64,000 nt of DNA from a virus (IMGVR_UViG_3300021311_000141:8255-72254), one strand, 5' to 3'. Counted from the stretch's first letter, positions 44,332 through 53,716 are shown. Program-made: numbers and translations. Notes: a model not told the origin generated them from the letters alone.

Positions 44332-44829
44332 CTATCCAGCACGGTTGAAAAGTATGATTTGCCCCTTGATGCTGCCGTTGTCGCAGGCATCTTCAATGCG
44401 GCATGTGTCCTCGCTCGAATAACTGACCAGGCACGACGGCGCATTGGCCGTGCCGCCCTGCTCGCCGTTCAGGTGATAGAAGCGCAGGCGGCCGAGGAAG
44501 AAGAACACGGAGTGCGCCTGCCGCCAGATGGTCTGATGGAAACCTCGTGTTTCCGTGCGCGCGAAGATCAGGGCCAGGCCGCTGCGATGTTCCGCAAGGC
44601 GTTCCAGCCACGCAAAGACCTTCTTCCCGTAAGGCGGATTCTGCCAGACACGCCCTTGCCACGGCTTGGAAAGCCCGTCATCGAGGACGGTGTAGTGCCT
44701 GGCCGCCATGTCCCACGGCCTGTTGACCGGAGCGCAGGGGTCGAGGTTAAAGGGGCCGAGCGCCTGCAGGATGTCCGGCGGGGTCAGCCATTCTTCGGAA
44801 TTGTCCGTGTTGGAGTTGAAGTTTTTCAC
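44332..44829 (-). CDS. Phage N6-adenine DNA methyltransferase (T1 Dam-like family)
   Basis: EEWLTPP, FNLDPCA, DGLSKPW..VWQNPPYG, ARTET. Confidence 0.88.
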   Translation of the reverse strand: MKNFNSNTDNSEEWLTPPDILQALGPFNLDPCAPVNRPWDMAARHYTVLDDGLSKPWQGRVWQNPPYGKKVFAWLERLAEHRSGLALIFARTETRGFHQTIWRQAHSVFFFLGRLRFYHLNGEQGGTANAPSCLVSYSSEDTCRIEDACDNGSIKGQIILFNRAG

Positions 44830-45200
44830 TGAATGCCCCCCGTTCTGCCGACGATGCCGTCCATTTCCGCACGGGCGGCCTTGTCGCCGTGGAGCGCGCG
44901 CATCACAAGGCGGCGGATGCGCGGGTCGCGCGACGGTTCCGGCTCCGGCAAAGCCGGGAACATCTCACGGGGCGCGGTGCGCGTCGTGGCCAGAATGCGC
45001 AGGATATGCGCGGGCGTCGGGAAAAACGTGCTTTGCCGCCGATGCTCCAGCATAGCCCGCTCCACGTCCTCCTGCCGCTCGTCCGCCAGGTCTGCAGCCC
45101 AGATGTCGGCCAGCAGGGCAAGCTCCTCCCCGGAGCGGCCGGAGCGGTACACCGCCTCCATTTCAGCGAGCCGCATCGCCAATCGCTGTCTGTCCAGCAT
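44826..45200 (-). CDS. Helicase loader/inhibitor-like replication protein (lambda P/G39P position)
   Basis: IWAADL..V..AM..H...STFFPTPAHI; directly after the initiator gene. Confidence 0.55.
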   Translation of the reverse strand: MLDRQRLAMRLAEMEAVYRSGRSGEELALLADIWAADLADERQEDVERAMLEHRRQSTFFPTPAHILRILATTRTAPREMFPALPEPEPSRDPRIRRLVMRALHGDKAARAEMDGIVGRTGGIQ

Positions 45201-46170
45201 GTCCGCCTCCCATGTGCTGCTGCCGTTCCTGCTCACGGGCGGCCAGAAGCGCCGCCGCCATGTTCCTGCTTTCCTGCTGCCGTCGCTGGTGCTCCGTTGG
45301 GGCCCGCGTCTGCCCGCCGCCTGCCGGGGCGACCGGGACGGCGGCTGACGGTTCGCAGAAGGGCTTGTCGTTCCAGCCCTTGCCGTTGAGCCACTTTGAC
45401 ATGTCGCGCACCTTTCCGCGCCTCCATCGGCTGTCCTCCTGCGAGAGCAGCAAGATGGCGTCGCGGATGACATACGGCTCGGCAAGCGTGTGGTTTTCAT
45501 ACAGGCGCATCCACTCGCGCCATGCCTCTTCCTGCCGCTGCTGCACGGGGTACACGTCCCAGCAGGACAGGAAGGCGCGCCACTGCGGATGCCCCTTGCT
45601 GGGGCAGTCGGTGCGCTTCGGTGTGGCGGGTACGGCAGGGGTGTCTTCGGCGGGATTTTCCGGCACGGAACCTGCTACGCGCGCGGGCGCGCATATAACC
45701 CCCTCCCCCCCTGTATTTATTTCTTCTCTACTCTTATCTACTCTAGCGTGACCGTGTGTGACGTTCTCGGTATCGTCGTGACCGTGTGTGACATTGCGTG
45801 ACACTACGTGACACTCGGATTCCTCTGTGCGCTTTCTGGCGCGGCTTTCGCGCTTCCGTTCTGCTGCGCTTTCATCTTCACGCTTGGGCTGACGCTCGTT
45901 CCACTTGCACACGCACTCGTCGTCAATCAGCCCCTTCGCCTGCATGGCTTCCACAATGGCGCAGGCCGCGCCGTCGGGCATTCCCAGCATCACGTCAGCG
46001 GATTCACAGTCAAAGCCCTCAATGTGCCCACGTTCCTTCGCGGCACTGGCTCGCTCCAAGAGCATCGCCCAAACAGCCACCACAAAGGCTACCGGCTGCC
46101 CACTCTTGCGGGCAACGACATGGAACTTCGGGTCGGTTGCCGTACCTTCGTGCCAACGAAACCAAGCCAT
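45163..46170 (-). CDS. Phage replication initiator (lambda O/DnaT-like)
   Basis: MAWFRWHEG..DPKF..VARKSGQP..W N-terminal domain; WNERQPKRED; FLSCWDVYP..WLNGKGWND C-terminal domain; internal repeats. Confidence 0.75.
   Translation of the reverse strand: MAWFRWHEGTATDPKFHVVARKSGQPVAFVVAVWAMLLERASAAKERGHIEGFDCESADVMLGMPDGAACAIVEAMQAKGLIDDECVCKWNERQPKREDESAAERKRESRARKRTEESECHVVSRNVTHGHDDTENVTHGHARVDKSREEINTGGEGVICAPARVAGSVPENPAEDTPAVPATPKRTDCPSKGHPQWRAFLSCWDVYPVQQRQEEAWREWMRLYENHTLAEPYVIRDAILLLSQEDSRWRRGKVRDMSKWLNGKGWNDKPFCEPSAAVPVAPAGGGQTRAPTEHQRRQQESRNMAAALLAAREQERQQHMGGGHAGQTAIGDAAR
45747..45812. repeat. Iteron-like repeats, candidate lytic origin
   Basis: GTGAC at 45748, 45758, 45778, 45788, 45798, 45808; 16-bp CGTGACCGTGTGTGAC twice; AT-rich tract at ~45715-45745. 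Confidence 0.65.
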
Positions 46171-46172
46171 GG

Positions 46173-46796
46173 CTATGCCTCCAACGGGCGGAACCGCACC
46201 ACCCACACATAGGGGTTGTCTGCCCAGCCAAGGCCCCGCGCGGCGTAGATCTGATCCCACAACTTTGCGAAAGATGTGCGGCCGATCCATGTCTGTCGAG
46301 CGGCGATCTCGCCCATACCCTCTTCCCGAACGTCGCCATCAGTAATGTCTTGCACCCGCTCCACGCTGATGCCGGTTATCTCCAGCGTCAGCCGGGACAC
46401 CTCGCGGGGCATGTGGATCGCCGGCGACCAGTGCAACTGCGCCCCCGTATCGTCCGTGCCGAGCGTAATGCCGTCCGCGCGGTACAGGGCTGCCAACGTG
46501 TGGTCGTTTCGCCAGATGGGATAGAACGTCTCGCGCACCCACAGGCGGTCGCCAGGCGCGCCGAATGGGCAGCGGATGCCGCCGAGCATTTCTTCTTTTT
46601 CGATCTGGAAATACGCCTGCAAGCCGATGCGCGGATCAGGGTAGTATTCCAGGTGGTGGAAGCGATGCGCGTGGCAGTTGAACCCTCCCACCACGGGCCG
46701 CCGCGTGACGTGTTTCACGCCGTTAAGAATGGCGCGCACCATGTTTGTGCTGAAAAGTATGGGCCGTTCCTTGACTTTTTGCTGATTTTCGTTCAT
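46173..46796 (-). CDS. Conserved phage ASCH/PUA-like protein
   Basis: KERPILFS..MVRAIL.G.K..TRR..CPFGAPGDRLWVRETF..WSPAIHMPR..VERVQDI..NPYVWV. Confidence 0.8.
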   Translation of the reverse strand: MNENQQKVKERPILFSTNMVRAILNGVKHVTRRPVVGGFNCHAHRFHHLEYYPDPRIGLQAYFQIEKEEMLGGIRCPFGAPGDRLWVRETFYPIWRNDHTLAALYRADGITLGTDDTGAQLHWSPAIHMPREVSRLTLEITGISVERVQDITDGDVREEGMGEIAARQTWIGRTSFAKLWDQIYAARGLGWADNPYVWVVRFRPLEA

Positions 46797-46865
46797 TATT
46801 TTTTCCTCTTCTTGGAAGTGTTTTCATTTCCAGATGCCCCGGTGTCTCTTCCACTGGGGCTTTTT

Positions 46866-47498
46866 TTACTTGAATTTCCGCCATGCGCTCGACGACGCAG
46901 GCTTTTCACGGCCCGCCGGTACGCGCTCGCACAGCGGGGTAAAACATTCCTCACGCAGACCGCAGGGCAGGGTAAACGCTGTGAGGTGCATCCGCTTGCA
47001 CTCCTGTAACTGCTTGCCTGCGGCTGTGGTTGCGTGTCTTGGCGTACCCTGCGCCTGTTCCAGCGCGGCTTTGCTTTCTGCCAGTTCCGCGCGCAGTTTT
47101 TTCAGGGCGTTCTCGCTGGCATCGCGCTCCACCCGCCGCAGAGCCAGCTCCTTCTTAACAGCGTCCATCTCCTTTCTTGTGGCGTCCAGGTCGGCCTTGA
47201 GCGACGCAACTTCCGCTTTGTCGGTCGCCGGTGTCGCATCCCGCGCCTGTTTCAGCGCCTCCTGTAGCTGCGCCACCTCAACCCGCAGGCGTTCCACCTC
47301 GGCTTTGAGGCCAGTAACCATAGCGGCATGTCTTGCCCTGGCAGCTCGCGCAGATTCGCTTTTGGTGTTCTTGCGCCGTCTTTCCCTACACGCTGTGCCG
47401 CACGTCACCTGTGCCGCGTAGGCAGGCGCAAACGGGCTGCCGCATATCAGGCAACGACGTTCGCTGTACCCGCTGGCAACTGTTACTGATGTTGTCAT
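46866..47498 (-). CDS. Zn-finger plus coiled-coil hypothetical protein
   Basis: CLICG..TC..ACR, long heptad region, C-terminal Cys cluster. Confidence 0.55.
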   Translation of the reverse strand: MTTSVTVASGYSERRCLICGSPFAPAYAAQVTCGTACRERRRKNTKSESARAARARHAAMVTGLKAEVERLRVEVAQLQEALKQARDATPATDKAEVASLKADLDATRKEMDAVKKELALRRVERDASENALKKLRAELAESKAALEQAQGTPRHATTAAGKQLQECKRMHLTAFTLPCGLREECFTPLCERVPAGREKPASSSAWRKFK

Positions 47499-47540
47499 TC
47501 GTCTCTCTCCCCCAATGTTTTCCGGGCTGGCCCGATACGT

Positions 47541-47795
47541 TCAATCTTCATCCCGACGCCCCCGCCGTCTTCCACGTTCATTCTGCAGAGCTTCCCGTAT
47601 TTCGCTCTCCCGAATCTTGACGTATTGATCTAGCCACGCCTGCATCTCCGCCGTCGGGGCATAAGCGGCAACACGGCCATTCCCGGTTAGGCGGAACTTG
47701 CAATGGTGATAGGTGCGCAGCACATCAAGAGCCATCATGCTGAACCACCTGTACGATCCTCTCTCCAATCCAGCGCATGACGGGCACGGCCTCAT
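47541..47795 (-). CDS. Hypothetical protein
   Basis: ATGA-coupled to the MTase; GGAGG RBS. Confidence 0.45.
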   Translation of the reverse strand: MRPCPSCAGLERGSYRWFSMMALDVLRTYHHCKFRLTGNGRVAAYAPTAEMQAWLDQYVKIRESEIREALQNERGRRRGRRDED

Positions 47796-48766
47796 TGCAC
47801 TGCCTCCGCGAACAGTGATGCCTGTTCAAATCCATTGGGGCGCGCTTCAGCAAGACGGCGTTGGGCAATCGCAACATAGTCTGGATTCAATTCAATACCG
47901 ACAAAGCGCCGCCGTTCTTCAACACAGACCACGCCTACTGTCCCTGCACCGAAAAAAGGATCGAGCACGGTTGCGCCCTCCGGCGCTCCCGCACGAATGC
48001 AGGGGCGCACCAAATCAGGCGGGAATGTGGCAAAATGCGCGTCGGGGAAAGGGTGCGTTGGAATCGACCAGACAGAGCGTCGGTTACGGAACCCCACAGG
48101 GTAGGACATTGCGCCGCTCCCCTGTCCGCCACCCCGCGTATCGACGCCAAGACGCACAGTGCGGTGTTTTGTTGCACGGCGGTTGCCAAGATCGGCCGCC
48201 GTAATTTCCCTCATCGCTGTGCGGTCAAAATAATAGCGCGGGCGTTTGGACAGAAGAAAAAGGTATTCATGCGCCCGCGTCGGCCTATCAGCGACGCTTT
48301 CAGGCATGGGATTCGGCTTATGCCAGATGATGTCACAACGCAGATACCAACCTACGTCTTGCAGCGCGAAAGCGACCCGCCATGGAATCCCGGCGAGATC
48401 CTTCTGCTTCAGCCCTCCTGCGCCGACGCTGCTCTCCCGCATGTTTTCCCGATACCCAGCCTTATCTGACGGCGCCTCCCCGTCGCCGGCATTTCTGTTC
48501 CCATGATATCCGGCATAGGTGTCACCCAAGTTAAGCCACAGCGTACCGTCATCACGCAGCACCCGCCAAAGCTCGGCAAACACGGGCATCATGGCAGCGA
48601 CATACTCTCCGGGCGTTGATTCAAGGCCTAGCTGGCCGGATACGCCATAATCGCGCAGCCCCCAGTACGGCGGCGAGGTGACGCAACATTGCGCCGATTG
48701 CGGGGGGAGGGTGCGCAACACTGCCAGGGCGTCGCCTGTATGAATAACGCCGGAGCACTCACGCAT
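47792..48766 (-). CDS. Beta-class N4/N6 DNA methyltransferase
   Basis: CCVTSPPYWGLRDY, WLNLGDTY, IIWHKPNPMPESV, HFATFP, VLDPFFGAGT. Confidence 0.92.
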   Translation of the reverse strand: MRECSGVIHTGDALAVLRTLPPQSAQCCVTSPPYWGLRDYGVSGQLGLESTPGEYVAAMMPVFAELWRVLRDDGTLWLNLGDTYAGYHGNRNAGDGEAPSDKAGYRENMRESSVGAGGLKQKDLAGIPWRVAFALQDVGWYLRCDIIWHKPNPMPESVADRPTRAHEYLFLLSKRPRYYFDRTAMREITAADLGNRRATKHRTVRLGVDTRGGGQGSGAMSYPVGFRNRRSVWSIPTHPFPDAHFATFPPDLVRPCIRAGAPEGATVLDPFFGAGTVGVVCVEERRRFVGIELNPDYVAIAQRRLAEARPNGFEQASLFAEAVQ

Positions 48767-49146
48767 TACGCATCCCCCGCCGGGAGGCCTCTCCCTATGC
48801 CCCACCGCTCTTGCGGCCCGGAGTACAGAGCGTCCACGCCGGCACCCACCGGCACTGCGTGGGTAGATTGCGCCTCAACAAGGGCGAGCTGCATGTGGGA
48901 CATCTCGGCATGGAGATTTTCCAGTTCCTCGGTCAGTCGTGTATTGCGCGCTTCGAGCTGGGCAATCCTCGCCCGGTATTCCCGTGTGACGAACTCCTGC
49001 CAGAGCGCAAGCGAGGCCTGCAGCCCCGCTGTGACCGCTTCCTCGTATGTCTGACCATTGGGCTTGCGGGAAAGATGTCCCGCAGTCAGATGTGTGAACA
49101 CCTGATGCCGGGCCAGATACTTTTGCCTGGTTCGCTCATCCATCAT
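48766..49146 (-). CDS. Coiled-coil hypothetical protein
   Basis: GAGGAGG RBS before ATG 49146. Confidence 0.45.
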   Translation of the reverse strand: MMDERTRQKYLARHQVFTHLTAGHLSRKPNGQTYEEAVTAGLQASLALWQEFVTREYRARIAQLEARNTRLTEELENLHAEMSHMQLALVEAQSTHAVPVGAGVDALYSGPQERWGIGRGLPAGDA

Positions 49147-49283
49147 TCCCATTCCTCCTCGGCGGCGTGTTCCAGCGCCTTGTAGTGCAGGTACATGGAT
49201 ACCCCCACGATCGTCAGGGCAATAATCACGACAGCGCCAATCCCTGCAGCCCCCCACAGGACAAGTTCAAACCACCAGTGCAT
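49143..49283 (-). CDS. Small single-pass membrane peptide
   Basis: MHWWFELVLWGAAGIGAVVIIALTIVGVSMYL.. Confidence 0.45.
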   Translation of the reverse strand: MHWWFELVLWGAAGIGAVVIIALTIVGVSMYLHYKALEHAAEEEWE

Positions 49284-49296
49284 GTCCGCCCCCCCC

Positions 49297-49782
49297 CTAT
49301 TCGCCCGCGCCGCCCTTCCGCATCCACTCGCGGCGATAGCTTTCCATCGTTTCATCCAGTTCCTTCTGGGCAGCATGATGCAGGGGAAGGACTTTTTCAG
49401 GGGGTAGCTTGCCTTCATGGACGGCCTGCCAGAACTCGTTGCAACGGTTGAGGTCATCCATAACCTCGTCGCGCACATCGTCATGGCTTGGGGTCACTTC
49501 CAGAGAAACAGCCTTGTAGCCGGTCTTGGAGTTGAGCCAGAGCACCGGGCCGGGAGCGACCGCATAGGGCGCGCTTCCCATGCAGGCCCGGATCAGGGGG
49601 AGCAGCGCATCCACGCCGATTTTCGCGCCGTCATCGTTGGGGTCGAGCTGGCGGTACAAGGAGGTGTAGGACATGCCCACGTCCCCGGCGATGGCCTTCA
49701 ACGGTCTCCCGCTGGCGTCCACCATGCGGGAAACGACTTCAGAAAGGGGCAGATTGTTAAAAAAATCATTCTTGCTCATCAC
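49297..49782 (-). CDS. CII-like phage regulatory protein
   Basis: KAIAGDVGMSYTSLYRQLDPND..GVDALLPLI; follows cro. Confidence 0.7.
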   Translation of the reverse strand: MMSKNDFFNNLPLSEVVSRMVDASGRPLKAIAGDVGMSYTSLYRQLDPNDDGAKIGVDALLPLIRACMGSAPYAVAPGPVLWLNSKTGYKAVSLEVTPSHDDVRDEVMDDLNRCNEFWQAVHEGKLPPEKVLPLHHAAQKELDETMESYRREWMRKGGAGE

Positions 49783-49980
49783 TTATCCTTTTGTTTAGAG
49801 CATGGAACAATGGCCCCATGCAAAGTTACAAAAGTTCTCCCGCTCATTTACACATTGCCCCTCGTGGATCCGTGTGGCGCGTTGCGGTGATTCTCCCCGG
49901 CTGCATCCTGTGGAGATCATACAGTCGGGCAGAATTTCCAACCCCGGAAGACGCCCTGCATCGCTGCCTTGAGGGGACGG

Positions 49981-50241
49981 CTACGCGGGCAGCGCCCCTT
50001 CGGGCGGCGTGGTGGGGCTGGCTTTAGAACGCTTGCGGCAAGTGACGGGCTTCGGCCACTTGCCGTAGATGATGGGCCAGAGCCTAAAAAGGCTCTCTGT
50101 TTTCAAGTTCGCTTCCTGCTTGTGGAGGAAGCGCCACAGGCTCGCAGGCTCTACGCCAGATTCTAGGGCGAGCCTGTGAAGAGTGATGCCTCTCTCACGA
50201 ATAACGGTCTCAATGTCCGCGCGTAGTGTCTGTCTGTTCAT
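49981..50241 (-). CDS. Cro-like XRE HTH protein (probably leaderless)
   Basis: ITLHRLALESGVEPASLWRFL; divergent from the cI-like gene. Confidence 0.75.
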   Translation of the reverse strand: MNRQTLRADIETVIRERGITLHRLALESGVEPASLWRFLHKQEANLKTESLFRLWPIIYGKWPKPVTCRKRSKASPTTPPEGALPA

Positions 50242-50247
50242 GGGGTC

Positions 50248-50310
50248 TTTGTATGTCGAACGACATTAGGTGTCAACAAAAATTTTGTCGAACGACTTTT
50301 GACGAACGAC
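50248..50310. promoter_or_regulatory. cro promoter and right operator
   Basis: Minus strand TTGACA (50276-71), 17 bp, TACAAA (50253-48); GTCGAACGAC at 50255 and 50287, GACGAACGAC at 50301. Confidence 0.8.
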
Positions 50311-50333
50311 AAGCCTTGATTGTAGGTGAAGCC

Positions 50334-50837
50334 ATGAGCGTTGAGGAAAAATTCAAAGCGGCCCTTGTCCGAGTTCTGGATGATGGCACCTTCAAGAGCC
50401 AGACGGCGCTTTGCGCCGCCGCAGGCGCGGATCAGGGCGGCGTGAGCCGTTTTATTCAGACGGCCATGTACAATGCCGGAAAAGGAAAAAAGCCTCGCCT
50501 TCCCAAGGAAAATCTTACTCTTGATGTGGTTTCCAGACTTGTGGAAGCAATGGGAGGGGATCTTGTCTTTCCGTGGGATGAAGGAGGCGCTTCTGCAAGC
50601 GTTAAGGTGAAACAGCTTGAATTAAGGCTTGAGGAAGCCAAAAAAGCGATTGCTGACCTTGAACGCGATATGCTGAAAAAAGATGGGGAGATCGAGGGTT
50701 ATCTAAAAACCATTGTCCGTCTTTCAAATCCAGACAGTTCACCCATCCCCCAAAAACTCCAACAAAAATCATTATTCGAGGACGACACGAATACTCCATC
50801 GCAACGGTTGCAGAATAATCTTCCTGGTACGGGATAA
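50334..50837 (+). CDS. CI-like repressor (HTH plus coiled coil, no S24 peptidase domain seen)
   Basis: SQTALCAAAGADQGGVSRFI..LTLDVVSRLVEAMG; divergent from cro across operators. Confidence 0.7.
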   Translation: MSVEEKFKAALVRVLDDGTFKSQTALCAAAGADQGGVSRFIQTAMYNAGKGKKPRLPKENLTLDVVSRLVEAMGGDLVFPWDEGGASASVKVKQLELRLEEAKKAIADLERDMLKKDGEIEGYLKTIVRLSNPDSSPIPQKLQQKSLFEDDTNTPSQRLQNNLPGTG

Positions 50838-50985
50838 GCCTTAATGTATAAATTTTATGAAAGTGAGATATTTGAACTGTACTTTCCGGATTGTGACGGC
50901 TCTGCTGATTGAACGACACCAGATAATTTTCAAAGCCCTTGTAGAAGGCAAGTTTGAGAGTGGCGTTCCAGAGAGGAATTGAGAA

Positions 50986-51219
50986 ATGTACAGACAATGG
51001 TACAATACAAGGCACAACGATGACAGAAAGAATGATATTGAATTTGTAAATTGTGGTAACCCAATGTGCAATAGGACGCTAGAGTTGTCTAAATATATAT
51101 TGCATAATAATATCCGTGATGGTGTAGAAACTGAACGTATACATGAAGTATGTGAACCGCGTCTGCGTGATGTTGTTATATTATGCACCTGCGGACATTT
51201 TACAAGATTTACAGTGTAG
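50986..51219 (+). CDS. AT-rich Cys/His-containing hypothetical protein
   Basis: CGNPMC..CTCGH. Confidence 0.5.
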   Translation: MYRQWYNTRHNDDRKNDIEFVNCGNPMCNRTLELSKYILHNNIRDGVETERIHEVCEPRLRDVVILCTCGHFTRFTV

Positions 51220-51556
51220 CATTTTTTTCTTTAAGAAGTCTATACGCCTCTATTAGTTCTTTTTCATTACCAAAGAAAAGCGCAGGGCGACCTCTGCATG
51301 GGCAATAATCTTCTGTGCATTTGTCTTTTTCCCCACAATTTGTGCATTCAGCGGGTTTCAGTTCTCCGAGAAAACCCAACCTTCCAGCCACGAACCACAA
51401 TGCCCTAGCAATGTCCACGCGATTTTCACCGATATGTGCATCCATGGCTTCGGATAGCGCATCGAATACAGCTTCATTAAAAAAAATCTTTTTAATGTCC
51501 TGTGTAAATTCTTCTTTCTGCAAAATTATTTCTAATGCTTTACGCAGATTGCTCAT
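51209..51556 (-). CDS. AT-rich hypothetical protein with Cys cluster
   Basis: GGAGG RBS; CTNC..C..CPC. Confidence 0.55.
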   Translation of the reverse strand: MSNLRKALEIILQKEEFTQDIKKIFFNEAVFDALSEAMDAHIGENRVDIARALWFVAGRLGFLGELKPAECTNCGEKDKCTEDYCPCRGRPALFFGNEKELIEAYRLLKEKNATL

Positions 51557-51875
51557 TTTTACCTCCATGCTTATTGCACTTGTAGTGCTTTGCACGACAA
51601 CGGTTATTCTTGCTATTCATTTTGATTATGTTACGCCAGCTCTTATTTCTGCGTTTGCGATAGCATTTGCTGCCTCCGCTGGCTACTATTTTTTTAGATT
51701 GATGCTCTTCATATTCTTCATCTATAAAAATGAAGCTGAAATGTGTGGGGATTTCATCTCTAAGAAGCGTTTTATAAATAAACGGTCGGACAACAAAAAA
51801 ATAGAAAATCAAACCGATAATGGCTCCGAAAATAAGACAGAATAAATGCAATGCAGGTAAGAATTGTTCAATCAA
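51540..51875 (-). CDS. AT-rich putative membrane protein
   Basis: N-terminal hydrophobic helix, basic C-terminus; TTG start. Confidence 0.4.
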   Translation of the reverse strand: MIEQFLPALHLFCLIFGAIIGLIFYFFVVRPFIYKTLLRDEIPTHFSFIFIDEEYEEHQSKKIVASGGSKCYRKRRNKSWRNIIKMNSKNNRCRAKHYKCNKHGGKNEQSA

Positions 51876-51943
51876 AGTAGTTCTCCTTGCAACCTAATGA
51901 TGTATTAATAAAATTGTATATTGTGCTAAACACAAAATATTAT

Positions 51944-52279
51944 TCACTGCATACCTTCAAGACAATTCTTCAAGATTCGTTTTATCCAAATGTAGCGCAA
52001 ACTACCCACTTCGACCAAATCCCAGTTTTGCAATGATAAGCAGTCAGCTAGTTGAGAAAGGGTAACATACGGCTTGATAACGGTTAATATGTTTTTTTGT
52101 GCATGTTCAAAACAAAAATAATGTGTCTTCCCATATCCACGAAAAATTATTTCGTTATCACTATTTCTTACATATAAATTCTCGACACGGATTGCAAATT
52201 TATTATTATCTGTATTGTCTCCGCGTTGTGCAAGCAATTTGCCGCACACCTCACAAATAGCATCATCTGCCAGTTTCAT
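51944..52279 (-). CDS. AT-rich Zn-binding hypothetical protein
   Basis: CEVCG..HYFCFEH. Confidence 0.5.
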   Translation of the reverse strand: MKLADDAICEVCGKLLAQRGDNTDNNKFAIRVENLYVRNSDNEIIFRGYGKTHYFCFEHAQKNILTVIKPYVTLSQLADCLSLQNWDLVEVGSLRYIWIKRILKNCLEGMQ

Positions 52280-52287
52280 CTAATTTT

Positions 52288-53545
52288 CGGCGCGGAAACC
52301 TCGGCATTCATGCCGGGGAGGAAGCGCCGCCTCCAAAGTTTTTCCTTGACTGCCAAGTTGTTACACACTATTTTTCCCTATATGAAGCGCACCATCTCAA
52401 TCAAGCTCCTCACAACAGCGGAACAGAAAGCCGCACTTGAAGACTTGCAAAAGGAATTTAACGCGGCATGCAATCAGATTGTTCCTGTTGCCGCCGTCAA
52501 CAAATGTGCGAACCGAGTCGCGCTGCATCACCTCGCCTACTATGCTGTGCGTGAAACGCATCCGGCATTGGGCAGCCAGATGGTGTGCAATGCTGTGAAA
52601 GCGGTTGCTGATGCCTACAAAACATTCTTTGCAAACAATCCGAAGAAGCGACGTGAGGAATGGAGTTTGCTTGCCTTCAAAAACGGTTCTGTGCATTATG
52701 ACGCCAGAACGTATAGCATGAAGGGCAATCTGCTTTCGCTGTTCACACTCTCTGGCCGCATCAAGCTTGAAATGCGTATCGGCGACTTTCAGGCCCAGTA
52801 CCTTGCCAAGGGCAAAATCAAGGAAGCCGAGCTTATCCATAAACGCCACCGTTGGTACTTCAATCTTGTTCTTGACCTTCCAGATACCGCGCTCAATGGT
52901 GGCGAGGGTGTCCTGGGTGTTGATATTGGAGAGAACAATCTTGCCGCCACAAGTACGGGTATGCTCCTGGGCGGCGGTCAACTTCGCTACGAACGCGACA
53001 AGTTCCTTGCACTTCGCAGCCGTCTTCAAAGCAACGGCACCAAAAGCGCCAGGCAGCTTTTGGCAAAGGTCTCCGGCAGAGAAGCACGGCACGTCAAACA
53101 TGTAAATCACGAAGTCAGCAAGGCCATTGTCGCTGAAGCGGTGAAGAACGGTTTTTCCACGATTGCCATGGAAGACTTGACGCACATCCGCAAGCACATC
53201 AAGGCTGGACGCAAAATGCGTACCCGCTTGCATCGCTGGGCGTTCCGTCAGCTTCAGAACTTTATCACATACAAGGCAGAGGCTGCGGGTATCCACGTGG
53301 TCTATGTTGACCCTGCTTATACCTCGCAGACGTGTTCCGTATGTGGCTCTCGTGGAAATCGTTCTCAACATCGTTTCTCGTGCCCTTCTTGTGGCAGGCT
53401 TGCCCACGCTGACCTCAATGCAGGTCTAAACATTGCAAGCCTTGGCAGCACTGCCGTGCGGTCAACGGGCGCTGTAAACCGTCCGAATGTAGCACTTCCC
53501 TCGAAGTGACTATAAAGCTCCGCCCTTCAGGGCGGGGTTGTTTAC
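52288..53545 (+). mobile_element. IS200/IS605-family element, tnpB only (IS1341-like, non-autonomous); ends approximate
   Basis: Left-end hairpin CCTCGGCAT-TC-ATGCCGGGG (52299-52318); right end CCGCCCTTCAGGGCGGGGTTGTTTAC; no tnpA. Confidence 0.85.
52382..53509 (+). CDS. tnpB: RNA-guided endonuclease TnpB
   Basis: 375 aa; VLGVDIG, IAMEDL, HADLNAG RuvC D-E-D intact; TSQTCSVCG..CPSCG Zn finger. Confidence 0.95.
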   Translation: MKRTISIKLLTTAEQKAALEDLQKEFNAACNQIVPVAAVNKCANRVALHHLAYYAVRETHPALGSQMVCNAVKAVADAYKTFFANNPKKRREEWSLLAFKNGSVHYDARTYSMKGNLLSLFTLSGRIKLEMRIGDFQAQYLAKGKIKEAELIHKRHRWYFNLVLDLPDTALNGGEGVLGVDIGENNLAATSTGMLLGGGQLRYERDKFLALRSRLQSNGTKSARQLLAKVSGREARHVKHVNHEVSKAIVAEAVKNGFSTIAMEDLTHIRKHIKAGRKMRTRLHRWAFRQLQNFITYKAEAAGIHVVYVDPAYTSQTCSVCGSRGNRSQHRFSCPSCGRLAHADLNAGLNIASLGSTAVRSTGAVNRPNVALPSK

Positions 53546-53716
53546 TCCACGGAACATTCCCATCCCCTCTAGTTTCGAGATAGATTCCATCGTGGCCCGG
53601 TTCCTCTGGGCAGTCTCCCCTTCCCAGCCAAGATAGAGGATGGCGCTACTTTTATGGCCGCCATCGTCTGCGTTTTTGTTCTTATCCCGCCGTTCTCCTC
53701 CATCTTCCCCACACAC
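53546..53716 (-). pseudogene. 5' part of a small gene interrupted by the IS
   Basis: AGAGGAG RBS plus GTG at 53716; removing the IS can rejoin it to AAA ATT AGA TGA, an ATGA overlap with the 52279 start. Confidence 0.45.

Noticed and set aside
49790-49803. boxA-like TGCTCTAAACAA on the minus strand before cII
   Set aside because: Short match next to the RBS with no adjacent hairpin; could be chance
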